Positions 30,001 to 41,629 of a stretch of 64,000 nt of DNA are shown here, in pieces (the first letter of the stretch is position 1; every line of letters starts with the position of its first letter). A program made the translations under genes and the position numbers. This stretch comes from Haliotis rubra. Lineage: Eukaryota. The stretch is taken from NCBI RefSeq assembly GCF_003918875.1, contig NW_025765539.1:1-64000 (forward strand). The letters run 5' to 3'. The notes below the pieces were generated by a model, which was not told the origin of the DNA, made no database searches, and saw only the letters and a program-made list of their open reading frames with translations.

Positions 30001-33000
30001 AGTAGCGCCGACGCCGTAAAACATCAAAGAAATCAGCTTCGACAATGATTGTAGGTGCGTAAGCGGGTCATGTTAACACGTTACAGTCAACAGTAAACGT
30101 TGAAAGAAGTCAAGCCGCCAACATCACCGAACAATCACGGAATTTCGTCGAAGAGGGGATGTTAAGTTTGTCATGGTATCTCACTTTACCCATGGTTTCT
30201 TTCAGGGCGGGTAATTCATTGTTATGCTGAAAGACCGCTGGAATTCCTCAATATGCCAATAGCTGAAGCGCATTGGTAACCGCCGACAGCCGGAATAAAA
30301 TCACCACCTCATCAACGTTTACAGGAACATTCTTCATGCAGTTCTGCCAATGTCAGTTTCCGTGAAACACACCATTAATCAAACAGTTGTTATTCTTTTA
30401 TAAACAAGCCGAGCCACCGTCAATTAATTCGTGTTGTTGTTGAATAACAAACAATATTACAATTCAAGTTTCACAGACTGGCTCATATGCTTTCATGCAA
30501 ACACGTTAAACATTTAACAAATCGGGTCGAATAGAAGGAATAAGGCTTTCGACAAACAATTCTGCCGCCATTAAAAATACGGAAACATGATGAACGACCG
30601 AACATTAAACCGGAAGTTCACAAGCAAAAGAAGATGCATGCCAGCTTTCTTTGCGCTTTAACACTTTCATTTGCTCCGATAACTTTCGGCGTTAATCGTC
30701 GCCGTTTCCGTAACGAAATGCGTCAGTGGGGATACCGGATTTTTCTGTACCCTGGAAGTCGTCGTAGAACTTTCGCGACGCTATATTACGCGTCACGGCT
30801 TGAAGGGCAAATATCGCTCGTGCAGGCTGAAATTTTCGTCCATAAGCCAACAATAGCGATTCCAGAACATTTGAAATTACTACGTTAACCACAAACAATA
30901 TCAGAAAGTTGCCAGAAGAAATATCACAAGCTACCGCGTTATACACGAAGTTTGAACCGCCATAACGTCGCCAATGAAATACTCAAAAGCCAAATTCCTC
31001 AACAACACCCGGAAATCAGCCACGATGCTCATCGACAGTTAAAATCAATAGCAGGTCCACGCGCGTTAAGGTACCGCACTGCCGAGTACGGGCATGTGCT
31101 GGGGTCGTTCAACAGCCGCGTCGTTTTCAGCCCGTTCACGCAGCCTGAATCAAATATTATGTCGGCATTCGACTTTCCAACATGACGGAATGACGTCGCC
31201 GACGACGGGTCATAATAAGTGGCGATGTTTCGGTACGTACGCAAAGAATGTGGAAGTTCTGGCTGTATCGACGTCTTTCAACCGTCAACATGACTTTAAT
31301 ACGATCATTAAAGTAATCCTGGTCTGATAAGCACGGCGATGGCGCGTTGACCGTTTAAAGCGTTCTCTTAAGGCAGCAGTCAGCTTCAAATTAATATGTT
31401 GCCCAGCCCCGCCATCATCGAAGTTCCTGAAGGTCGGGTTTCGCCGCCAATACATTTAACATTTATCGTGCTTCACCTGCATGATTGCCCCAGCAGCCGG
31501 AGGAAGCGAAATAAATGCAGCCATAAATTCCGATGAAAATTACCGATGAAGTTAAATGCGGGAGATTTACTGGTCACCAGATTTTTCCAGATTACCGGTT
31601 GGTGCGGGCCGGTAAGAAACGGTGAGAAGTTTCCTCTGCCGAGTTGGAAATTCTTCGTGTTTCTCTGGTTTAAAGTTACCGCCGGCGTAGTTATCTTCAG
31701 CCGAGAGAGCAGTTTACTTCGTGAGAATGTGGAAGACGTACATTCTGTGAAGTTACTAGCTAAATGCAGATAGCTGGCAATCGTCGGAGATGCCCGTTAT
31801 AAAGTCTTTGAGAATTAACCCAGATACTTTCTTTGTCAAATTCTCGGCCTTATTTTTGTGATAGAAGAGCGGGGTATATAAATCCAGTGGCTCATGCCGT
31901 ATATTATTGTTCTTACCGTGTGCGGTGGAGCCACCTATTTTTTATGCAGTCTTTACCATGGTTGTTACGTTAAAATAGATGAGGTGATCGAAATAAATAC
32001 CATTTGCGCTGGAGAGTTTCACGTCAGGTGTCGCCCTTCGTCATTACGTGTTGGGGCGCTTCCTTCTGTCAGCCATCACTACGCGTGGGGCGTTCTTCAT
32101 CAAGCTTCTCAACGCCTCCTTCATCAATACGTATGGCGTCGCCAATACTTCATCACATGTGCTGGCGCCTGTTCAGTGTTCAACAGTTCTTCTTCATCGA
32201 TGTACGGAGAAGCCACCGGGTAACAGCTCCTTTCTTCATTCGTTACGCAGCGGTGCCCTCGTCGCGTGCGCCTCTTTCATCGTTACGGCGAAATTTTCAC
32301 CGGCAGCTCAATAGCCCTTTCTCATCACACGTACAGCCATCAGGTGCCAACAGCTCCTCATCACATTGTACCACCGCGCTTCACCAGCATTGCAGCCCGT
32401 TGTCAGGCGTCAATACTCCTTCACCACGTAAGCGGGGTGCCTTCGTCAGGCGCTAACAGCTCTTCATCACATGGGGCGCCTCCCCACAGCTTTGCGGGAT
32501 GCCTTCACCGGGGTGTTAATGCTTCCTTCATCACGGCGTCAGGTGCTTTCAACAGCCGGGTGTCTTCGCAGCCATCAGCACTTCATCGCTGGCTGGGTTT
32601 CGTTAACAGCTCCTTTCATCGTGGCGCTTCCCGTCGTGTTTCAACAACAGTTTTCGGTCTGGCGTGGAGGCCTTCATCAGGTTAATAGCCTTCATCACAG
32701 CCGCATGGGTGCCCTTCGTCAGGGTAAAGCCAACAGCTCCTTCATCGCTGACAGCTGGGTACCGTCACAGGGCGGTGTTCTTCCGTCAGGCAAAGCCACA
32801 TCGCCATGCCTTCGTCGCGTGCTTCGTCACCATCATTACGTAAGAGCTTGCGTCGTGGCAGCCAACAGCTTCATCGTTGCTCACCTTCATCGTTGTGGCT
32901 GGCGCCAATAGCCTCATCACATGGGGTGCCTCAGCCACACCAGCTCTTCATCACATGGCGCCTTCTGTCAGGTGTTCACCATCACATGGGGTGCCTCTTT

Positions 33001-33985
33001 CCGCGTCGCGCCGGCCTTCATCACATGTGCTGGGGTGCCAACCGGGTGCTCATTGATTCATCACATGTGCCCTTCCATCAATAGTTTCCGTGGGTGCCTT
33101 CGTCAAGCACCGTTACCTCATCACATGCATGGGGTGCCACCATTTCATCACATGGCTCGTCAGGGTGTTCAAAGCCCTCTCACCACAATGCATGGGTGCC
33201 TGTCAGTTCCTTCATCACCTCGTATGGAAAGAGTTACGTTCAGGTGCTCATCAGTTTCATCACATGTTGGGGTGCCTCGTCAGGTGTGCCAACAGCTCTT
33301 CATCACATACAATAAAGCTCTTCACTACGCATGGGGTGCTCGGCAGCTAACAGCTCCTTCTCATCACCTGGGTACGGAGCAGCCAGCTCATCACATGTAT
33401 GGGTGCCTCGTCAGGTGTTTCAACAAGCCATCACAAGGGTGCCTTCGTCAGCAGCTCCTTCACCGGGCTACGTACGGGTGCTCTGTCAGGCAAGAACAGT
33501 TCTCCATCACCTGCATGGAGGTCAGGTGTTTTCATCACAGCAGCCTTCTGTCGTGGTGCCCCTTCCCTCACGCTGGGGTGCTCGTCAGGCAGCTCATTAG
33601 CTCCTTCATCACATGTATGGAGTTCCTTCTGTCAAGCTATCACCTTTCATCACATAAGGCTCCTCTGTCAGGTAAAGAACAGCCTTTCATCACATACAGC
33701 CTCCGTCAGGTCTCACAAGCTCTTCATCACATGGTTAAGCTTGTCAAGCTAATAAGACAAGGGGCTGCTCTCTTTCTGAGGTGTTGGCTTCCTTCATCAC
33801 AGGGTGCTCTGTCAGGTGCTCGGCTTTCCTTCATCACATGTTGCAAGCCTTCAAACAGCTAACAGCATCATCACATGGGTGGCTCTGTCGGTAAAGCCTC
33901 AACAGCCCTTCATCACATGTTTGGGCATTGTCAGGTGTAATTCTTTCCTACCGCTACGTAAGGAGAGTCAGGTGTGCCACGCTCA
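1..33985 (-). other. Degraded inverted (fold-back) copy of the downstream sequence; probable long-read chimera/assembly artefact
   Basis: Collinear reverse-complement anchors: 31981-32030 vs 37020-37080; 30323-30385 (ggaacattcttcatgcagttctgccaatgtcagtttccgtgaaacacaccattaatcaaa) vs 39127-39192; 26221-26260 vs 45490-45532; 22500-22540 vs 51130-51185; 14578-14610 (aaagatatcagcag...cagcagcagc) vs 61480-61520; 12640-12710 vs 63420-63495; 12351-12386 vs 63771-63808. Left/right distances from 33,990 give a ratio of about 0.67-0.73. Confidence 0.95.
32010..33985 (-). repeat. Degraded mirror image of the 48-bp tandem array
   Basis: Many noisy copies of cttcatcacatgtatggggtgctcctctgtcaggtgtttcaacagctc, the reverse complement of the unit at 33,995-37,041. 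Confidence 0.93.
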
Positions 33986-33994
33986 CATGTAGGG

Positions 33995-36900
33995 TGCTCT
34001 ACATGTGATGAAGGAGCTGTTGAAACACCTGACAGAGGAGCACCCCATACATGTGATGAAGGAGCTGTTGAAACACCTGACAGAGGAGCACCCCATACAT
34101 GTGATGAAGGAGCTATTGAAACACCTGACAGAGGAGCAGCCCCATACATGTGATGAAGGAGCTGTTGAAACACCTGACAGAGGAGCACCCCATACATGTA
34201 ATGAAGGAGCTATTGAAACACCTGACAGAGGAGCACCCCATACATGTGATGAAGGAGCTGTTGAAACACCTGACAGAGTTGAGCACAGAGGAGCCTATAC
34301 ATGTGAGCTGTTGGAAGGAGCTATTGAAACACCTGACATGTTGAGGAGCAGTTGAAACACCTCCATACATGTGATGAAGGAGCTGTTGAAACACCCGACA
34401 GAGGAGCACCCCAAACATGTGATGAAGGGAGCTATTGAAACACCTGACAGAGGAGCACCCCATACATGTGATGAAGGAGCTGTTTGACACAGAGGAACAC
34501 CTGACAGAGGAGCACCCCATACATGTGATGAAGGAGCTATTGAAACACCTGACAGAGGAGCACCCCATACATGTGATGAAGGAGCTATTGAAACACCTGC
34601 CAGAGGAGCAGCCCATACATGTGATGAAGGAGCTATTGAAACACCTGACAGAGGAGCACCCCATACATGTGATGAAGGAGCTGTTGAAGGACCTGACAGA
34701 GGAGCACCCCATACATGTGATGAAGGAGCTGTTGAAACACCTGACAGAGGAGCACCCCATACATGTGATGAAGGAGCTATTGAAACACCTGATGAGAGCT
34801 ATTGGCACTCCATACATGTGATGAAGGAGCTATTGAAACACCTGACTGACAGAGGAGCACCCCAGATACATGTACATGTGATGTGAAGGAGCTGTTGAAA
34901 CACCTGACAGAGGAGCACCCCATACATGTGATGAAGGAGCTATTGAAACACCTGACATTGAAGCTCTCCATACAAGTGATGAAGGAGCTGTTGAAACACC
35001 TGACAGAGGAGCACCCCATACATGTGATGAAGGAGCTTTTGAAACACCTGACAGAGGAGCACCCCATACATGTGATGAAGGAGCTGTTGAAACACCTGAC
35101 AGAGGAGCACCCCATACATGTGATGAAGGAGCTGTTGAAACACCTGACATTGAAGCTCTCCATACATGTGATGAAGGAGCTGTTGAAACACCTGACAGAG
35201 GAGCACCCCATACATGTGATGAAGGAGCTTTTGAAACACCTGACAGAGGAGCACCCCATACATGTGATGAAGGAGCTGTTGAAACACCTGACAGAGGAGC
35301 ACCCCATACATGTGATGAAGGAGCTATTGAAACACCTGACAGAGAAGCACCCCATACATGTGATGAAGGAGCTGTTGAAACACCTGACAGAGGAGCACCC
35401 CCATACATGTGATGAAGGAGCTGTTTTGAAACACCTGACAGAGGAGCACCCCATACATGTGATGAAGGAGCTGTTGAAACACCTGACAGAGGAGCACCCC
35501 ATACATGTGATGAAGGAGCTGTTGAAACACCTGACAGAGGAGCACCCCATACATGTGATGAAGGAGCTATTGAAACACCTGACAGAGGAGCACCCCATAC
35601 ATGTGATGAAGGAGCTATTGAAACACCTGACAGAGGAGCACCCCATACATGTGATGAAGGAGCTGTTGAAACACCTGACAGAGGAGCACCCCATACATGT
35701 GATGAAGGAGCTATTGAAACACCTGACAGAGGAGCACCCCATACATGTGATGAAGGAGCTGTTGAAACACCTGACAGAGGAGCACCCCATACATGTGATG
35801 AAGGAGCTGTTGAAACACCTGACAGAGGAGCACTCCATACATGTGATGAAGGAGCTGTTGAAACACCTGACAGAGGGGCACCCCATACATGTGATGAAGG
35901 AGCTGTTGAAACACCTGACATTGAAGCTCTCCATACATGTGATGAAGGAGCTATTGAAACACCTGACAGAGGAGCACCCCATACATGTGATGAAGGAGCT
36001 ATTGAAACACCTGACAGAGGAGCACCCCATACATGTGATGAAGGAGCTGTTGAAACACCTGACAGAGGAGCACCCCATACATGTGATGAAGGAGCTGTTG
36101 AAACACCTGACAGAGGAGCACCCCATACATGTGATGAAGGAGCTATTGAAACACCTGACAGAGGAGCACTCCATACATGTGATGAAGGAGCTATTGTTGA
36201 AACACCTGACAGAGGAGCACCCCATACATGTGATGAAGGAGCTGTTGAAACACCTGACAGAGGAGCACCCCATACATGTGATGAAGGAGCTGTTGAAACA
36301 CCTGACAGAGGAGCACCCCATACATGTGATGAAGGAGCTGTTGAAACACCTGACAGAGGAGCACCCCATACATGTGATGAAGGAGCTGTTGAAACACCTG
36401 ACAGAGGAGCACCCCATACATGTGATGAAGGTGCTGTTGAAATACCTGACAGAGGAGCGCCCCATACATGTGATGAAGGAGCTGTTGAAACACCTGACAG
36501 AGGAGCACCCCATACATGTGATGAAGGAGCTATTGAAACACCTGACAACGGAGCACCCCATACATGTGATGAAGGAGCTATTGAAACACCTGACAGAGGA
36601 GCACCCCATACATGTGATGAAGGAGCTGTTGAAACACCTGACAGAGGAGCACCCCATACATGTGATGAAGGAGCTATTGAAACACCTGACAAAGGAGCAC
36701 TCCATACATGTGATGAAGGAGCTGTTGAAACACCTGACAGAGGGGCACCCCATACATGTGATGAAGGAGCTGTTGAAACACCTGACATTGAAGCTCTCCA
36801 TACATGTGATGAAGGAGCTGTTGAAACACCTGACAGAGGAGCACCCCATACATGTGATGAAGGAGCTATTGAAACACCTGACAGAGGAGCACCCCATACA

Positions 36901-37041
36901 TGTGATGAAGGAGCTGTTGAAACACCTGACAGAGGAGCACCCCATACATGTGATGAAGGTGCTGTTGAAACACCTGACAGAGGAGCGCCCCATACATGTG
37001 ACGAAGGAGCTGTTGAAGCACCTGACATTGAAGCTCTCCAT
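33995..37041. repeat. 48-bp tandem array, about 63 units
   Basis: Unit catgtgatgaaggagct(g/a)ttgaaacacctgacagaggagcaccccata, highly homogeneous from about 34,880 onward. Recurring variant unit ...cctgacattgaagctctccata at about 34951, 35143, 35914, 36781 and 37021. Confidence 0.98.
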
Positions 37042-37044
37042 ACC

Positions 37045-37940
37045 GATAGATAGATAGTATTTATTTCAGTCTCACCTCGTACAATACAGCATAACAATAT
37101 AGTAAGATACATAAAAAATAAATTGCCGAGCCACCCATTTAGGGTTACGAGAGACACACACAGAATTTAAGAACAATAATATACATAACATGAATTACAT
37201 ATCGTTGTATAAAATACCCCTTCTTCTATCTAAAATAAATTTGCAGGTTTTGGCCGAAAATTATACAATATCTGGGTTAGACAATATATAAAAGACTTTA
37301 TAACAGGCGCTCCGGTGATTATAACTATCACATATACTGCTACATTTAGCTAAAATAACTTCTCTAAGATCAATGTACACAGAACAATGCAATAACACGT
37401 GACATTCGTCTTCCACACAATTCTCACAGGTAAAACACACTCTCTCAGCTAGAGGTAAATAGCTACACCGGCCAGTCTCAACTCGTAGAGGGGCTACACC
37501 ACATCTGAAGAGGGCTAGCGCACGACGATATGTCCTTGGGAGGGAGCTCTCTGTATACGGTTCTACACCATAGGAACAGTGTTCGAAATAGCCACCGGCC
37601 CGCTAGCCAGTGGCTAGGAAAAATCTAGTCGGGCCAGTAAATCTCCACAGTAACTGGCTCGAATCTCTAGTGAATTTTCATGGGGTCATTTTGTAAATAC
37701 ATTTATTTCACTCCCTCCGACTTGCTAAGTTATAATACACTTTTAAATCATGCAAGATTATGGCCTGATAAAAATGTTCATCATATTAGCAGCTTAATGA
37801 CGAAACCCGTGACTACATTCAAATTTCGGGCCAGTGAAAAATTTTGGGGCTAGTAACTTCAAGGCAAAGCTAGCCCGTATGGCTAGTAACATTTGGAAAC
37901 TATTTCGCACACTGCATAGGAACGCTTAAACTGGTTATGC
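37045..37940 (-). mobile_element. Non-LTR retrotransposon 3' fragment (ORF2 C-terminal Cys/His region plus 3' UTR), interrupted by a hAT MITE
   Basis: With the MITE removed, the minus strand reads NQFKRSYGVEPYTESSLPRTYRRALALFRCGVAPLRVETGRCSYLPLAERVCFTCENCVEDECHVLLHCSVYIDLR. This is the typical LINE ORF2 C-terminal ETGR...CxxC...EDExH...C motif. An AATAAA and (ATCT)n-like tail lie at about 37045-37066. Confidence 0.8.
37577..37914. mobile_element. hAT-type MITE (338 bp)
   Basis: 15-bp TIRs cagtgttcgaaatag / ctatttcgcacactg (1 mismatch). Perfect 8-bp TSD cataggaa at 37569-37576 and 37915-37922. Repeated subterminal ggctag/ctagcc motifs. Confidence 0.92.
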
Positions 37941-37965
37941 TTGCCGCCATCGCCGTGCTTATCGT

Positions 37966-38485
37966 TAGGATTACTATGTAATCGTAAACCAAAAGTCACT
38001 GTGTTCTTTAATCTGATTGGTTGAAAATTCTGATCGAATGGTATTCGATTCCCAGAAATTGCAAGACCATTCGCTGCGTATGAATACGTACAAATATCGC
38101 ATACACCATTGTATTGTTACGTCGTCAGCAGCGGTGACGTCATTCAAATCATATTGTTACATAAAGTCCGAATGCCGTCGCAAATGAGCAGTTCCAGATG
38201 CAACCATGGGAGACAGACGAAACGGCCGGCTGATGAAACTTCATTGCTGTACCCGTACTCGATGTCAATGAGTGCGGACACAATAACGCGCGTGGACCTT
38301 TTGCTTTACTTTTGTGTTTACAATGTCGATAAACATCATGTGCTGGCTAATTTCCGGGTGTTATTGAGAATTTGAAGCACGAGAATATTTCATTTGAAAC
38401 CTCCGGCTGATGCCGGCGGTTCCAAATGAATTCCCGTGCTCAATAACACCCGGAAATTGGCCAACACATGATGTTTATCTCCTAA
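37966..38485. mobile_element. Putative non-autonomous DNA element ending in a long imperfect hairpin
   Basis: Inverted repeat 38328-38479 (gataaacatcatgtgctggctaatttccgggtgttattgag...ctcaataacacccggaaattggccaacacatgatgtttatc), with a ctgattggtt motif near the other end. Left boundary is approximate. Confidence 0.55.
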
Positions 38486-39205
38486 GTAACTTCTGATGTG
38501 ACATGGTTAACATGAAATGAATTGCCTATGGGAATAAAATGTTCTAGGTCCATAATGTGTAACTTATGGACAAGAAAATTCCAGCTACGCCGTTTCTTTT
38601 GAGCGATCTCATTTGCCCACTCCATACAAGTGACGAAAGCGTTCTTCAAATACGTGACGCATGGCTCTCAAAACACGTCACGAAAGTTCCTACAGTTGGG
38701 TGACTTCCAAGGAGACACAAGGAAAAATCAGACATCCCCTTATTTTGGTACATTTCGTTATTCCAAAACACACGAGGTAACAGTTGATTAACGCCAAAGT
38801 GCGCAGATTAAATGAAAGTGTTAAAGCAAAAAATAGCATGCATGTAACATACTGTAAAGACCGGACTTTGAATGTTCAGTCGTTCATGTGTTTCCATGTA
38901 CAAGCCAATAATTAGTCAACAAGTTGTTTAATTGGAGCCGGCAAGCATGATATGTATTGATTTGTTAAATGTTTAACGTGTTTACATGAAAAGCATGCTT
39001 CAATCAATTACCTTAATTGATCTGTAAAAACAGATTATGTAATAATTGTTTGTTATTCAACGCCAACATGCAATTGAGAATTGGTAATTGAAGCTCCAGC
39101 TTGTTTATACAAAGAATAATAACATTTTGATTAATGAGTGTGTTTCACGGAAACCTGACATTGGCAAGGACTGCACATGAGAGAATGTTCCCTCTTAAGA
39201 GCGTT

Positions 39206-39366
39206 AGTGAGTGAGTGAGTTTAGTTTTACGTCGCTTTTAGCAATATTCCAGCAATATCACAGCGGGGGGACACCAGAAATGCGCTTCTGGTATATTGTA
39301 CCCATGTGGGGAATCCAGCCCGGGTCTTCAGCGCACGCTTTAACCACTAGGCAACCCCACCGCCCC
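39206..39366 (-). mobile_element. tRNA-derived SINE
   Basis: Minus strand ggggcggtggggttgcctagtggttaaagcg...gggctggattccccacatgggtacaat gives decayed A and B boxes. 3' tail gctggaatattgctaaaagcgacgtaaaactaa(actc)n. Confidence 0.85.
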
Positions 39367-39814
39367 TTCCCCCTCTAGAAGGAAACCATAGGTAAAGTGG
39401 GAATGCAATATTCGGCACCAACGGAAAACAACATCCCCTCTTCGACAGGGAACACCGGCGTCGTATTGATTGTTCAGTGAATGTTAAGCAGCTTGGTAGC
39501 CGTTTCTTTGTTCTAATTTGACTGCCAACATTGATTAACATATTGCCTACACATGTCAGGCCTACAATCGGTATGAGGAAACATGTGATACTGATTTCTT
39601 TAGAGCATGTTTTACAGCGTCAGCTTTACTGTTACTTTTCATCCCGATATGGCTTGGTATCCAACAAAACATAATATCCTTGTCGGACACAGATAAGACA
39701 ATGTGACCATCTAATATCTCATACAAAAATGAATGTTCATATTTTCGACCTTTAATCGCTTACAAATTGTCAGGACAAATGATAAATACTCATGACAGCA
39801 AACATTCAATATTC

Positions 39815-39900
39815 GAGCCAGGACCAAACAATCCAGTGATTGGCACCATGAGCATCCATCTACGTACTTGTGATACGATGACATGTGTCAGCAAAATCAG
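39815..39900 (-). mobile_element. Internal fragment of the non-tRNA SINE family
   Basis: ggaccaaacaatccagtgat...gatacgatgacatgtgtca matches the body of the copy at 55131-55375. Confidence 0.75.
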
Positions 39901-39974
39901 TAAATAGAAACGCAAAACCCACATCCGTAAGAAACTGATTGTACAATTCTGACTACATCATGAGTTTGAGAGAA

Positions 39975-40680
39975 AACAATATGTGAAATGATGGACTTTG
40001 TCATTGATAACGTCTTTGTGAAATTTGGGAGTAGAACATTTCGCCAAGAAGTAGGTATCCCCATGGGACCAGTTGTGCTCTCCCCTTGCTAATCTGTTTC
40101 TCTATGCATCCATAAAGAATTTCTGCTTGGGTTGGCAAATTGAAAACAAGGTAATTTGGCCAAGAAGTTTAACTTAAGCTTCAGGTATATCGATGATCTA
40201 ATATCGTTCAATAACCATCAACTAGCCAATTGCCTACCACGGATTGACCCACCTGAGATTCAGAGTGACAAAAAAACAACCTCTCCACAAGGCTGTATGA
40301 CAAACTGGATGATTTCCACTTTCCATCAGTCAACTTCCCTTTCCTGCCGAGCAAAATTCCAACAGCCCCAGACTTTGGCGTTTACATTTCACAACTTTTC
40401 AGGTTCAATCGAGCGTGCTCTTTTATCAGGAATTCAAAGAGCGTCATACCTCTCATGCTCAGAAGTTGTTTGATCGAGGTAACAACATTCATGGCCTCAA
40501 GAAACGTTCACGAGTTTTAGTAGACATGTAGAGAAAATTTCCAAATTTTATGCATCAGTGACAAATATGATGTCATACGTTCCCGAATTATTTCAAGTGA
40601 ACAATTGACTAGACTTAACATATGTTTATGACGGTGCCACCGGTGGGTCAGGATACGCACACCTTTTCGCGAACACCTGG
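39975..40680 (+). pseudogene. Decayed Penelope-like reverse transcriptase fragment
   Basis: Frameshifted motifs EMMDFVIDNVFVKFGSRTFRQEVGIPMG..CA.LLANLFLY, FNLSFRYIDDLISFNN (YIDD catalytic motif), LYDKLDDFHFPSVNFPFLPSKIP and GVYISQLFRFNRACS. Confidence 0.85.
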
Positions 40681-41025
40681 TATACGCACATGCTCTGTCA
40701 TCGTATCGCATGGTGACAATCACTGGATTGTCTGGCCCAGACTCGATTTGTTTACAAACAACATCGTACAGCTGTAATACTGCTGAAACAAATATATACC
40801 CATGGTGCAGTCACAATTGTACAATCGACTCTGCTTTTAGCAGAGATTTCTTATGGATGTGGAAAGGGTTTTGTCGCTTCTATTTGACGCCGCATTCAGC
40901 AGTATTGGGGCTGCACGACACTGTCTGCAAACTGATTTTCCTGTGATTGAAACCATGGGTACGATGACAAAACATGTGCCCCAACGGTGGCACCCGTCAA
41001 AAAGACATGCAAAAGCTAGTCAACT

Positions 41026-41620
41026 ATCATCATCATCATCATCATCAACTAAGAACTTATATAGCGCAAGAATCCAGTCAGTATAACTGCTCAAAAGCGC
41101 TTTGAGAGGATGCATGTCACATGTATCAGCAAGGTCCACTCGGCCTAGGCGTATGTCTTTGAGAAAAGATGGGTCTTGAGATTGGTTTTAAAAGTGGCCA
41201 CGTTATTTATAAGTCTCAGTTTTATTGGCAGATCATTCCTGAGTCGTGGAGCTGCTCTGGCGAAGTATCGATCTCCATAGGTGGTGGTCCTTGCGTGTGG
41301 AACACACAGCATGCTTTGTCCAATGGATCTAAGAGACCTGGCTGGCTTGTATTCCTGGAGAAGTTCCTGGAGATACACAGGGGGCTAGGCCTGTCCTTGC
41401 TTTGAAGGTTAACAGGAGCACTTTATAAGTGATTCTGTCTGCCACCTTCAACCAATGAAGTTTCTTTAACACTGGAGAAATGTGGCTGTCTTCTTTGTCT
41501 TTGTCACAAGTCTAGCTGCACAATTCTGAACGCGCTGCAGCTTTGCAATCAATTGCTTTGGTAGTCCAATTAGAAGAGCATTGCAGTAATCTAAATGGGA
41601 CACAACACAGCACTGAACAC
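41026..41620 (-). mobile_element. L2/CR1-group LINE 3' fragment
   Basis: Minus strand: SHLDYCNALLIGLPKQLIAKLQRVQNCAARLV, LHWLKVADRITYKVLLLTFK, YKPARSLRS...TYGDRYFARAAPRL.N.LP..LR...FKTNLKTHLF. 3' stem aagcgct...gcgctatataag followed by a (GAT)n tail. Confidence 0.9.
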
Positions 41621-41629
41621 CTAAACACA

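Noticed and set aside
1-32000. Numerous short ORFs and a bacterial/viral-looking composition suggesting a foreign insert
   Set aside because: No ORF has a recognisable domain or gene-like packing. Where it can be tested (12.2-34 kb) the region is a degraded mirror of the right arm.
33995-37041. CRISPR array, or 700+ aa proteins
   Set aside because: Units are contiguous with no unique spacers and no cas genes. The long ORFs follow from a 3n unit lacking stops in several frames, so they are kept only as a low-interest note.
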